Assembly: GCA_016186705.1 (NCBI GenBank)
Contig: JACPLB010000002.1
Span: 20,811-84,810 of the forward strand
Direction of reading: 5' to 3'
Source: Candidatus Kaiserbacteria bacterium
GTDB taxonomy: Bacteria > Patescibacteriota > Minisyncoccia > Phycocordibacterales > JABMNX01
DNA: 64,000 nt
Below, piece by piece: positions 1-9,158 of this stretch. The notes under the pieces are model-generated. The model worked only from the letters and a program-made list of their open reading frames with translations, ran no database searches and was not told the DNA's origin. The position numbers and the translations under genes were made by a program. Position 1 is the stretch's first letter. Each line of letters opens with the position of its first letter.

Positions 1-277
1 GAAATTCTATTTTATACAGCTTGGATTTGAAGCGCGACTGCGAAGTCTCGTGGTGCTTGAGATGCTTCGACAGGCGCATATTTCCGTGTATCAATCGCTC
101 GGAAAATCACAACTCGCGGAACACCTGAAACTCGCCGAACAGCTCGAGATTCCCTACTGTATCATCATGGGGCATAAGGAAGCGCTTGAGCGAAGTGTCA
201 TTGTGCGCAACATGGATACCCGAGCCCAAGAGACGATCGTGGTTGACGGACTCCCGCGATACCTTAAGTCGATATAG
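1..277 (+). CDS. hisS: 3' partial CDS running in from upstream: C-terminal anticodon-binding domain of a class II aminoacyl-tRNA synthetase, most like histidyl-tRNA synthetase
   Basis: The frame is open from nt 2, so the ORF continues off the window. The sequence ...SQLAEHLKLAEQLEIPYCIIMGHKEALERSVIVRNMDTRAQETIVV resembles the HisRS/ThrRS-type anticodon-binding domain. HisRS is my best guess, not certain. Confidence 0.5.
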   Translation, partial: KFYFIQLGFEARLRSLVVLEMLRQAHISVYQSLGKSQLAEHLKLAEQLEIPYCIIMGHKEALERSVIVRNMDTRAQETIVVDGLPRYLKSI

Positions 278-282
278 CACGC

Positions 283-311
283 TTGACAAAAGTTCTAGTG
301 TATGATACAAT
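283..311 (+). promoter_or_regulatory. Near-consensus sigma70 promoter: TTGACA, 17-nt spacer, TG-extended TACAAT
   Basis: TTGACA at 283-288, 17-nt spacer, TG at 303-304, TACAAT at 306-311. A paralogous copy sits at 34835-34863. Confidence 0.6.
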
Positions 312-363
312 GGCAACAGGAGATAGGATGCTAAGCATCCTGTCAAAAACCAGGAGGAACGTC

Positions 364-492
364 ATGTTCGCAGGGTTCTATTCGCTTCACCAGTTCTCAT
401 CGGCGCCGCGCCCCACCTTCAAGCAGAAGTGCGTCCAGCTCGCCATCGTCCTGTCCGTGGGGGTAGCGCTCATGGTCACCGGCGTCATTTAA
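364..492 (+). CDS. Small hydrophobic peptide, 42 aa, with a single predicted TM helix
   Basis: AGGAGG Shine-Dalgarno at 352-357 lies 6 nt before ATG 364. Product is MFAGFYSLHQFSSAPRPTFKQKCVQLAIVLSVGVALMVTGVI. A palindromic hairpin AGGATGCTAAGCATCCT (325-341) sits in the 5'UTR. The promoter is upstream and a terminator downstream. Confidence 0.4.
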   Translation: MFAGFYSLHQFSSAPRPTFKQKCVQLAIVLSVGVALMVTGVI

Positions 493-522
493 GTTCAGCG
501 CCGACATCCCCCACCCCCTATC

Positions 523-558
523 GAGACCGTATGGTTCGCCCAGCGGTCTCTTTCTTTT
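523..558 (+). terminator. Rho-independent terminator
   Basis: GAGACCG ... CGGTCTC stem followed by TTTCTTTTAC. Confidence 0.6.
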
Positions 559-640
559 ACGTATCAAATATACATATGGGTATGCTTTCAGTTGTCTCCA
601 ACACAGGTCTGTGATAGAGTGTCCCTCGTGCAATACAAAC

Positions 641-898
641 ATGATTAACGTTGAAGTGACGAAAAACAACAACGAGAGCGCGACGAGTTTGGTACGGCGC
701 TTTACGAAACGGATGCAGGGCTCCGGGGTTCTCTCCCGGGTGAGAAGCGTCCGCTACCGAACGCGGCCGAATTCGGATTTTAAGAAAAAGAAACGGGCGC
801 TCCGAAAACTTGAACGGCGCGCGGCATACGAGCTTCTCTACAAGCAGGGCAAAATTGCCGAACAAAAGCCGGGCCGCCGAGGACGGGGCAGATTTTAA
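641..898 (+). CDS. rpsU: 30S ribosomal protein S21
   Basis: MINVEVTKNNNESATSLVRRFTKRMQGSGVLSRVRSVRYRTRPNSDFKKKKRALRKLERRAAYE matches the bS21 pattern, with a basic C-terminal extension. I chose the ATG at 641 over the track's 611 start. Confidence 0.8.
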   Translation: MINVEVTKNNNESATSLVRRFTKRMQGSGVLSRVRSVRYRTRPNSDFKKKKRALRKLERRAAYELLYKQGKIAEQKPGRRGRGRF

Positions 899-904
899 TA
901 CTCA

Positions 905-1297
905 ATGACGGTGAAAGATGGATGTCTTTCAGTGAAAAAAACAGTGCGAGGCAGGCTTCCGCGCCTGCCTTTTGCCTCTCTCAAACGTGCGATACTCGGA
1001 GAGCGTTATACGTTAAGCGTTGTTTTCATCGGAGATAAGAGAGCTCGCGCGCTCAATAAAAAGTACCGGAAGAAAGAGTATATCCCTGACATTCTTTCGT
1101 TCCCATTAAGCCCGCTCGAGGGAGAAATGTTCATCAATCAAAGGCAAGCGCGGAGACGCGCAAAGGAATTTGAGATGGACACGGAGACATTCCTCGGCTA
1201 CCTTCTTATCCACGGTCTGCTTCATTTGAAAGGGTTACGGCATGGTAGTAGAATGGAGCAAGCGGAGCAGAGGTATCTCAAGCGATTCTTTGGATAA
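905..1297 (+). CDS. ybeY: Endoribonuclease YbeY (rRNA maturation factor)
   Basis: HGLLHLKGLRH matches the H-x3-H-x5-H zinc-binding motif of the UPF0054/YbeY family. Its position after rpsU is also typical. Confidence 0.8.
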   Translation: MTVKDGCLSVKKTVRGRLPRLPFASLKRAILGERYTLSVVFIGDKRARALNKKYRKKEYIPDILSFPLSPLEGEMFINQRQARRRAKEFEMDTETFLGYLLIHGLLHLKGLRHGSRMEQAEQRYLKRFFG

Positions 1298-1393
1298 AAC
1301 GGCCTTGTCCGTTCTCTATCGTGTGCATTTTCTTGCGCACTATTAAAGTGTCGCATCGGCGCCGCGGCTGATTTTTTTCATTTTTTTCATTCT

Positions 1394-2566
1394 ATGGCGC
1401 GCAACATTACTACCGGCATTGATATTGGCACGTACCAAGTAAAAATTGTCGTTTCGGAGCGCGGCAAAGACAAAGACCGGCAGTTTCCGCGCATCATCGG
1501 GACCGGGTTTGCGGAGTCAAAAGGGCTCCGCCACGGCTACATCATCAATTCGGGAGACATCATCAAAAGTATCCGTCACGCGGTGGAGCAAGCTGAGAAA
1601 TCGTCCCAGACCCGCATCAAGCGCGCGTATCTCTCAATCGGCGGCGTCGGACTCGAAGAAATCCGTTCAAAAGGAGAGGTTATCATCACGCGCGCGGACG
1701 GAAGCGTAACCGACCTCGACCTCAAAAAAGCGTTTGATAACAGCGAGGAGAAAATCGCCTCGCGGATAGCAAACAGAAAGGTTATTCATCTCATTCCGCT
1801 TAAGTTTAAGATAGACGGCGGAACGGTGCTCGGACGTCCCATCGGCATGCACGGCTCAAGGCTCGAAGTTGAGACTCTTTTTATTACCTGCCTTGAACAA
1901 CACCTCAACGACCTCATACAGGCGGTTGAGGAAGCCGGTATTGAAGTTGACGACGTCATGGCGTCCCCCATTGCCGCAAGTCTCGTCACGCTCTCGAAAA
2001 CCCAGAAAATGGCGGGGTGCGTCCTCGCGAATATCGGCTCGGAAACCGTGTCCATGGCTGTTTTTGAAGACAATATCCCGATTTCCCTCAAGGTCTTTCC
2101 TATCGGCTCGACTGACATCACGAACGACATTGCGCTCGGACTCAAAGTATCGCTCGAAGAAGCGGAGCAGATTAAAAAAGGAGCCATTACGAGCACCGAG
2201 TACCCGAAAAAGAAGCTCGATGAAATTATAGTCGCGCGCCTCTCTGACATTTTTGAACTCATTGACAATCATTTGAAAAAAATCGGGAAGAACGGGCTTT
2301 TGCCTGCCGGCATTATCATTACCGGCGGCGGTTCCGGTATCGCCACGATTGAAGATTTGGCGAAAGCCGCGCTTAAGCTCCCGTCAAAGCTCGCGACACC
2401 ACGATTCGGCGACCAATCGAAAGTGCGGGACGCGTCGTGGGCAGTTGCCTACGGACTCACGATCTGGGGGCTTACTGCCGACGAAGACGAGAGTCCTGTC
2501 GGCATTGCGCTCGCGCAAAAAACCGGCAACAGAGTTCTTCAACTGCTCAAGCAATTTCTTCCCTAG
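1394..2566 (+). CDS. ftsA: Cell division protein FtsA
   Basis: Actin-like ATPase N-terminus GIDIGTYQVKIVV. It lies immediately upstream of ftsZ. Confidence 0.9.
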   Translation: MARNITTGIDIGTYQVKIVVSERGKDKDRQFPRIIGTGFAESKGLRHGYIINSGDIIKSIRHAVEQAEKSSQTRIKRAYLSIGGVGLEEIRSKGEVIITRADGSVTDLDLKKAFDNSEEKIASRIANRKVIHLIPLKFKIDGGTVLGRPIGMHGSRLEVETLFITCLEQHLNDLIQAVEEAGIEVDDVMASPIAASLVTLSKTQKMAGCVLANIGSETVSMAVFEDNIPISLKVFPIGSTDITNDIALGLKVSLEEAEQIKKGAITSTEYPKKKLDEIIVARLSDIFELIDNHLKKIGKNGLLPAGIIITGGGSGIATIEDLAKAALKLPSKLATPRFGDQSKVRDASWAVAYGLTIWGLTADEDESPVGIALAQKTGNRVLQLLKQFLP

Positions 2567-2723
2567 GAATTCACAGCGATTCAGCGTGGATGTGCTGTCC
2601 TCCGTCATGTAAAAGAACAGAAGGGAGGTCTTTAACCCTGAAACAAAACTGGGAAATGTCAACGGCTTCACTTTTTCCCCGACCCTGTTATAGTGTCCTC
2701 AATAATCAATAAGCCACAGGCAT

Positions 2724-3911
2724 ATGAAAAAAGTACAGCCAGACGTTGAAGCGTTCGCACGGATTCGGGTAGTCGGTGTCGGCGGTTCGGGATGCAACGC
2801 GGTCAACCACATGGTTGACTCAAAAGTGCGCGGGGTTGATTTTGTCGCCGTAAACACGGACGCACAAGATTTGCATAACACTCGCACGAAGAAAAAGATT
2901 CATATCGGAAAGAATTTGACACGCGGACTCGGTACGGGCATGAACCCCGACATGGGAAAGCGTGCGGCGGAAGAAACAAAGGAAGAAATCCAGGAAGCGC
3001 TCAAGAATTCCGACATGGTGTTCGTCACGTGCGGCATGGGCGGCGGCACAGGCACGGGCGCGGCGCCGGTTATCGCGAAGACCGCGCGGGAGACAGGAGC
3101 GCTTACCGTCGCGGTTGTCACGAAGCCATTCTCGTTTGAAGGACAACAGCGCATGCGGCTCGCGGAACTCGGACTTGAGGACCTGCGAAAGGAAGTTGAC
3201 GCGCTTGTTGTTATCCCGAACGACCGGCTTTTGGCGGTTGTACAGCGGGAAACAACGGTAAAAAGCGCTTTTGCGATGTGCGACGATATACTGAAGCAGG
3301 CCGTCGAAGGCATCTCCGACATCATTACCACTCCGGGCATCGTGAACGTTGACTTTGCCGACATCCGGGCAGTTATGGACAACGCGGGCTCGGCGCTCAT
3401 GGGCATCGGAGTCGCCTCCGGTGAAAAACGGGCGGAGGACGCGGCAAAAGCCGCTATTAACTCACCGCTTCTCGAAGTCTCTATTGCCGGAGCGAAAGGA
3501 GTGCTCTTCGCGATTGCCGGAGGAGACGACCTCTCCATGCTTGAGGTTCAAGACGCGGCAAAAATCATTACCGAATCAATTGACCCGAATGCGAAAGTTA
3601 TTTTCGGCGCCGTTTTTGACGCGACGTTGAAGAAAAACGAAGTGAAAATAACGGTTATCGCAACCGGCTTCCCGGAGCATTCAATGTCGGGCAAGAGCTC
3701 ATCGCTCTTCCAGCTTTCGAAGAAGGCTATGGATAAAGAAGAAAAAAAAGATAAAATATACAATTCAGTTTCGATTCTTGGGGGAGAAGAAACAAAGAAA
3801 GACGACAAGAAGAAATCAACCAAAGACAAAGGAGAAGAAACGAAGAAAGACGACGACAATGACGATTGGAGCACGATACCGGCATTTCTCCGCCGTTCTA
3901 AATTGAAGTAA
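2724..3911 (+). CDS. ftsZ: Cell division GTPase FtsZ
   Basis: GGGTGTGAAPVIA tubulin signature, plus the conserved C-terminal peptide DIPAFLRR. Confidence 0.95.
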   Translation: MKKVQPDVEAFARIRVVGVGGSGCNAVNHMVDSKVRGVDFVAVNTDAQDLHNTRTKKKIHIGKNLTRGLGTGMNPDMGKRAAEETKEEIQEALKNSDMVFVTCGMGGGTGTGAAPVIAKTARETGALTVAVVTKPFSFEGQQRMRLAELGLEDLRKEVDALVVIPNDRLLAVVQRETTVKSAFAMCDDILKQAVEGISDIITTPGIVNVDFADIRAVMDNAGSALMGIGVASGEKRAEDAAKAAINSPLLEVSIAGAKGVLFAIAGGDDLSMLEVQDAAKIITESIDPNAKVIFGAVFDATLKKNEVKITVIATGFPEHSMSGKSSSLFQLSKKAMDKEEKKDKIYNSVSILGGEETKKDDKKKSTKDKGEETKKDDDNDDWSTIPAFLRRSKLK

Positions 3912-3942
3912 TCAGTTGTTTCTCCATTTTTTAAGTATCACA

Positions 3943-3972
3943 AAACGCGGCAAACGCCGCGTTTTGTGGTAT
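3943..3972 (+). terminator. Rho-independent terminator after ftsZ
   Basis: CGCGGCAAACGCCGCG hairpin followed by a T-tract. Confidence 0.55.
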
Positions 3973-4013
3973 GGTAAAAGCTGTAACCTAAAAGCTGTAA
4001 ACTCACATCTCGT

Positions 4014-4940
4014 ATGTACGACACTATCATTATCGGAGGAGGTCCTGCGGGCATTGCCGCCGGCGTCTATGCGGCGCGCAAACAGTTGAGGACCGTGTTT
4101 ATAACAAAAGAGTGGGGCGGACAGAGCGTCGTCTCTCCCGACGTGCAGAACTGGATCGGCACGCCTTCCATCCCGGGAGCAGAGCTCGCAAAAAACCTCA
4201 AGACTCACCTTGAAACTGTCGGGGGTGAGACCGTTGAAATTATTGCCGACGCATGCGTGACTCGCGCAGAAAAGAAAAGTGTCAACTTTACCGTCACACT
4301 CGACAATGGGAAGATGTTGGAATCAAGAACGCTCCTCATCACGAGCGGCGCACGTCGGCGGAAATTGGAAGTGCCGGGAGCGAAAGAATTCGACCAAAAA
4401 GGCCTTACCTATTGCGCGTCCTGCGACGGACCGTTGTTTTCAGGACAGGACGTCGCGGTCATCGGCGGAGGGAACGCCGGTTTTGAGACTGCCGCCCAGC
4501 TTCTCGCCTACACGAAGAGCGTCACACTTCTTCATTACAGAGATGAGTTTAAGGCAGACCCCGTCACCGTTCAAAAAGTACTGAAAAATCCGAAAATGAA
4601 GGCAATTATGAATGCGAGTACGACTGCCATCCTCGGCGACAAGTTTGTGACCGGATTAAAGTACAAGGACACGGTTTCCGGCGAGGAAAAAGAGCTCAAC
4701 GTGACCGGCGTCTTTGTTGAAGTCGGTCTTTTGCCGAACACGGGATTTCTCGGAAACCTCCTTGAGCTTGATGAGTTCAAGCGCATTAAAGTTGACCCAA
4801 GAAATCAGCGTGCGTCAGTCGAGGGTGTCTGGGCCGCGGGAGACTGCACGGACGGTCTCTTTCACCAGAACAACATCGCCGCAGGCGACGCAGTGAAAGC
4901 TATCGAAGATATCTACAACTTCCTCCACACAAAGCAATAG
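4014..4940 (+). CDS. trxB: Thioredoxin-disulfide reductase
   Basis: FAD motif GGGPAGIAAG, redox-active CASCDG, and an NADPH-binding GGGNAG motif. Confidence 0.9.
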   Translation: MYDTIIIGGGPAGIAAGVYAARKQLRTVFITKEWGGQSVVSPDVQNWIGTPSIPGAELAKNLKTHLETVGGETVEIIADACVTRAEKKSVNFTVTLDNGKMLESRTLLITSGARRRKLEVPGAKEFDQKGLTYCASCDGPLFSGQDVAVIGGGNAGFETAAQLLAYTKSVTLLHYRDEFKADPVTVQKVLKNPKMKAIMNASTTAILGDKFVTGLKYKDTVSGEEKELNVTGVFVEVGLLPNTGFLGNLLELDEFKRIKVDPRNQRASVEGVWAAGDCTDGLFHQNNIAAGDAVKAIEDIYNFLHTKQ

Positions 4941-4958
4941 CACTCAAAGGGGGTCTTT

Positions 4959-6182
4959 CTAGGGCGCGCTCTTTAATATCCCGGAGACAATGTCTGTCTC
5001 TTTTGTAATTGACAAGCGGTTGTTGAGAAGAGTCACAAAAAGCGAGGCGATAGCCGCAATGAGAAAAGCGAATTTAATACTGAAGAAAAAGACTGTGACG
5101 CCGACAATGCCCAGAATAAGAACGCGTCCGAGATTGATGGATATCTCCTTGAGAACCGTGAATTCATCGATGTAATGCCCGTTATCGACCGCTTCGCTGT
5201 ATGTCGTCACGTCTATCGACATTTGATTGACTACCCTCCCAAGCCCGTGATAGGTGTCTACGATGAATATTTGAAACCCGGTCTCGATAAAAATTTTAAT
5301 GAACCATCCTGTTGCGTTGAGAATTGAGCCGATAGTAAGCGTTTTTCTTCTGCTCCATCGGTCCACCAAATCCCCTACCAGAAGACGGAGCATGATGACC
5401 GCAAAGATAGTCAATGAAGAAATCGCGCCGACGGTGAAATATTCTCCATTCAAAAGCAGAAAGATGAAGACGGGCCAGATGACGGCGGTTACGGCGGATT
5501 GAGCTCCGTCTCCCATGTACCCCACGAGAATGGAGCGATTCTGCGTACTGAAGAGTTTCCGGTACGTCTCCGTGTACGTGTAAGAGTAATGCTCATACTT
5601 ATCTCTGATAAAGAAAAGCGGAAAGACGGCAAAAATCAGGATGATGAGAGAGATAACAAACAAGTAATTGAACCCCGCAGCGATGATAATGCCTCCACCG
5701 ATAAGCGGCGTGACGACCGCGACGACTTCGGAAATGCTCAACAATATCGACATTTGCCTCCCTCTCGTCTTTTTGTCGGTAAAGGTCGCAAAGTCAACAT
5801 GATACGGCACCCAGTAGAGAACCTTGTACACCACTGACGCGAGCACAAGTCCGATCGGCGCGTAGAGAGGCGCGTAATCCCACAGGAGAAAAGGCAGAAT
5901 TGAGAGAAACGCAAAAGGCATCGCGTACATCATGAGTTTCTTCATGCCAACCTTGGATATCGCCATTGCGCCGAGAGGCGTAAAAATAATGCACAAAATG
6001 TATATCAAGGAGAGAAGCCCGATGACTTTTTCAAGCGACCCGTTGAATTTATTAAAAATAAAAATGATCTCAAAGATGCCGACGACTCCGAATCCGAGCT
6101 GTATTAAGAGCCGGTTAAGGTAGAGGGCGAGAATATCAAAAGAAAAATGGACCCCCTGATAGTCTTTGACGCTTAATTTCAT
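4959..6182 (-). CDS. MFS-type multi-TM transporter
   Basis: About 12 predicted hydrophobic helices. General MFS-like architecture. Confidence 0.65.
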   Translation of the reverse strand: MKLSVKDYQGVHFSFDILALYLNRLLIQLGFGVVGIFEIIFIFNKFNGSLEKVIGLLSLIYILCIIFTPLGAMAISKVGMKKLMMYAMPFAFLSILPFLLWDYAPLYAPIGLVLASVVYKVLYWVPYHVDFATFTDKKTRGRQMSILLSISEVVAVVTPLIGGGIIIAAGFNYLFVISLIILIFAVFPLFFIRDKYEHYSYTYTETYRKLFSTQNRSILVGYMGDGAQSAVTAVIWPVFIFLLLNGEYFTVGAISSLTIFAVIMLRLLVGDLVDRWSRRKTLTIGSILNATGWFIKIFIETGFQIFIVDTYHGLGRVVNQMSIDVTTYSEAVDNGHYIDEFTVLKEISINLGRVLILGIVGVTVFFFSIKFAFLIAAIASLFVTLLNNRLSITKETDIVSGILKSAP

Positions 6183-6269
6183 TGCTCTCTAGCGTAGCAT
6201 TTTCTGAACTAAAAACGGAGAAAAGTGGGTTGATATCTTTATGATAGTTAATCGTGAAGTCCAATCTAG

Positions 6270-6343
6270 TGCACGCACCAGGACTCGAACCTGGGACCTT
6301 CTCAACGTCAATGAGACGCTCTAGCCAACTGAGCTATGCGTGC
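6270..6343 (-). tRNA. tRNA-Val(GAC)
   Basis: The reverse complement folds as a cloverleaf with acceptor stem GCACGCA/TGCGTGC. The anticodon loop is TTGACGT. CCA is not encoded. Confidence 0.85.
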
Positions 6344-6459
6344 GCTCCGATTAGAGTGCACAAATTCTGCAAAAAGGTCAACGGAACTGGCGGGCTACCT
6401 CAAGCTACCTGTCCGACCCTGGAGGAGAACTCTGGTGAATCAAGCCCCGTAAGGCTATT

Positions 6460-7590
6460 CTAGCCCTTTTCCAAAGTTAAACCGAAGGTTCCCTGTGCGC
6501 CTTTTTTCAAGAGTTCTCTTTGTGACCTTTTAAACGCATTTTCGACAATATCCCAATATTGTTGAGAATTAACTTTCTCAAGATGCTCTTTTGGCCAATC
6601 GTTTCCATATGCATCCCATTTTAATTCCTTAAATTTCAAGCCATTTCCAAAATACTTTATCTTCGAGTACGTTTCTTTTCTAATAGAAACATTGTATGCA
6701 CTAGAAAACGTTACTGCTATATCATAAGTAAATTCATTATATCCCCAATAAGGTTCTCCAATATCACCATAAAGTATGGGATTGAAAACAAAGAAAAACA
6801 TTTGCAGTTTCTTGCCTCGGAATTTATAGACATCAAACTCACCTATAGTTGTAGACCACCCATAAAAATCATCGATATCAAAAAATCGCTCATTTAAATT
6901 TGCCATATTGCTCACAACTCCTATAAGATTAAAAACAAGCGATTTATCTTTTGAGTCATAGATGAAGAACCAATACTTATAACCCCTTAGTTCAATATCC
7001 GAAAGAATCTTAATTGGTCGTTTTTCTTTTGGATCATGCCGTTCAAATATTGATCTATCTCTTGGATTGAAATCTACTCGAAAATTTGCGCATTCCGCTA
7101 ATCCAGAAGGGCTCAACCCATAGTTTTTTGCTAAATATTCCCATTCGGTAATTTTACGAGGAGAAGGAGTATGTATTGTAAATGCCACTATCATTAAAAT
7201 CAAAATAACCGTTATATAAATTGCAAAGATTAGAAGTCCCGTATTATAGAAAATATAGGACAAAATATTTTCTTCACTAGGAATTGTGGCTAGAAACAAA
7301 AAGAAAGCCGCCAAACCCGTGGTTATTCCTCCCCAAACCAAAAAACGAATCGATTGTCTTATCTCTTGGTGTCTTAATTTATAGTCTTTTAGAATATCAG
7401 TAATTTGTTTTCTCTGTTCCTTCCTTTTGTTGTCACTTTTTTCTTCTAAAAATGATTTTGGTTTTATCAGTCTCCTTAGTCTTGCTCGAAACTCTCTTAA
7501 ATCTTTTAAGGATGGCACTATAAAAAGCGAGAATATGAAAGTATATAAGGCAAAGGTTGCGATTGTAAAAATAGGTGTATAAAGCTCCAT
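6460..7590 (-). CDS. Island gene A: membrane protein with 4 predicted TM helices and a ~220-aa aromatic-rich soluble C-terminal domain; no recognisable family
   Basis: AT-rich ORF, about 33% GC. The likely start is MELYTPIF; the track offers an alternative start at 7668. TM helices are followed by a W/Y/F-rich domain with no motif I recognise. Confidence 0.6.
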   Translation of the reverse strand: MELYTPIFTIATFALYTFIFSLFIVPSLKDLREFRARLRRLIKPKSFLEEKSDNKRKEQRKQITDILKDYKLRHQEIRQSIRFLVWGGITTGLAAFFLFLATIPSEENILSYIFYNTGLLIFAIYITVILILMIVAFTIHTPSPRKITEWEYLAKNYGLSPSGLAECANFRVDFNPRDRSIFERHDPKEKRPIKILSDIELRGYKYWFFIYDSKDKSLVFNLIGVVSNMANLNERFFDIDDFYGWSTTIGEFDVYKFRGKKLQMFFFVFNPILYGDIGEPYWGYNEFTYDIAVTFSSAYNVSIRKETYSKIKYFGNGLKFKELKWDAYGNDWPKEHLEKVNSQQYWDIVENAFKRSQRELLKKGAQGTFGLTLEKG

Positions 7591-7847
7591 AAACTTAATT
7601 AAGCACCTCGTGCTAGCTGTTAGATGCGGGGACGATTGCCGGAACTTTGAACCGAAAGCATGGCTCAAATTCGAGGATCTTGATAAAAGTATACAGAAAT
7701 TAAGGGCTATCTACAAAGTTCATCCAGAATGGTTTGAGGTACCAAAGCCTAAATCAAACAGAGGCAAGAGTGAAATTGATTATTCAGTATCTTGAGTAAT
7801 TGTTATGCCTCAATAGTTGACTCCTATACAGATTAAAGATTTTTATC

Positions 7848-9158
7848 TTAATCAATCTTAAAACCCTTCTTTTGCTGTTCTTTAAGAATTTTTTCGTATA
7901 TTCCACCTTTTCCATAAGGCACTCTTACGGGCATATCAATCTTGCATTCGATATTAGGTACTGTTCCCTTATGGGGAACTGGAATTTGAATATCGCCTTC
8001 TTCCATAAGAAGTTTTGCTAATTCAGCAACGTCATACTCTACAGTGCCAAGAGTTTCATCTTTTTTATCACCAAACATATGAATAATTACTTTGGGAATC
8101 TTACTTTTATCAAGATGCATGAGACAGCACTTCACGATATTAAGCATTTGATATTCATATTTGACTGATTCCTCTAGATGAACGATATCGTAAGCTTCTG
8201 CGGTGCCGAAAAATATTTGCTCATTTCTTCCGATGATTGGAGGATCGTATTTAAGTGATATTTCAAGTACTGTTCTATCATTATCTAATTTGAATTCTTT
8301 CAAAAGAAAACTGCGATTAGTCGCAAAGGACTCGGCTATTTCCTTGATTTCTCGAATTTTGTATACACGCTTGCTAACTATTTTTGCTTCAACGTCAGGA
8401 TTATTTTCCAAAAAGATTAGAAGTCCATTTCTTAAAATCCAGAGGTTAACTCTGCATGTTTGCAGAATGTCTCTTAGTTGTCTTTGCGTGAATTCATAGC
8501 GCTTCTTTTCTTTACCACTTTTATCATCAACCACCTTAAGGACAACCGTCTTATTATCAGTTGTTTCCCATCTATCGTGTCCGGCCCCAGCGTTACGTAT
8601 ATGGTTATCAAAGCCAGAGACTAGGTCCGGAAAATTACCATTCGGTAATGAAAAAGAGGTATTTTTTATCGTTTGAAATTTTTCTCCCGCTGAGACATCA
8701 ACAAACATCTCTGCATCTTTAACAGCATGAGTTTTGCCGTACTTTTTACATAGATAAAAGTATGGGGTCGTTCCATACAACCTAAAGTCACTCTCAAAAA
8801 GAGTTTTATATAAGCTCAACTGACAAGAGAAAATTGTTTCAAGCTCAGAACCTTTCAAAGCACTATAAAGAGAATCTTCGGCCTGTTCCGTCCGCAGACC
8901 GGAATCATTTGCAGTATCGATTATTGTACTAACAACTTGAAGGAATTCTGCCTCATTTTCTTTATATAATTGTTCACACAGTTCCTCGATAAATTTTGTT
9001 GCTTTGAGATCTTTCTGCTGAACAGAATGTCTCCAACCGAGCCAGCCTTGCTGAAAGAAATACCTTACATTCTTTGGTCGTTTGTTTGGATGCTTTAAAA
9101 GTGGTTGGATATAGACTTCAAAATATCTACTTTCTGCCGCTAAGTTTGAATCAAGCAT
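7848..9158 (-). CDS. Island gene B: 436-aa hypothetical protein with a candidate HEPN-like Rx5H motif
   Basis: AT-rich ORF. Contains FDNHIRNAGAGHDRWE, i.e. R-N-x4-H, which is compatible with the HEPN Rx4-6H signature. The start ATG overlaps the upstream gene's TGA by 8 nt. Confidence 0.6.
   Translation of the reverse strand: MLDSNLAAESRYFEVYIQPLLKHPNKRPKNVRYFFQQGWLGWRHSVQQKDLKATKFIEELCEQLYKENEAEFLQVVSTIIDTANDSGLRTEQAEDSLYSALKGSELETIFSCQLSLYKTLFESDFRLYGTTPYFYLCKKYGKTHAVKDAEMFVDVSAGEKFQTIKNTSFSLPNGNFPDLVSGFDNHIRNAGAGHDRWETTDNKTVVLKVVDDKSGKEKKRYEFTQRQLRDILQTCRVNLWILRNGLLIFLENNPDVEAKIVSKRVYKIREIKEIAESFATNRSFLLKEFKLDNDRTVLEISLKYDPPIIGRNEQIFFGTAEAYDIVHLEESVKYEYQMLNIVKCCLMHLDKSKIPKVIIHMFGDKKDETLGTVEYDVAELAKLLMEEGDIQIPVPHKGTVPNIECKIDMPVRVPYGKGGIYEKILKEQQKKGFKID

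Noticed and set aside
6254-6463. 69-aa + strand ORF from the track.
   Set aside because: It overlaps tRNA-Val(GAC) antisense. Spurious.
7610-7795. 61-aa + strand ORF inside the island's A-B intergenic spacer.
   Set aside because: It is on the opposite strand to the operon with no Shine-Dalgarno. More likely non-coding spacer, possibly holding an internal promoter for gene A.
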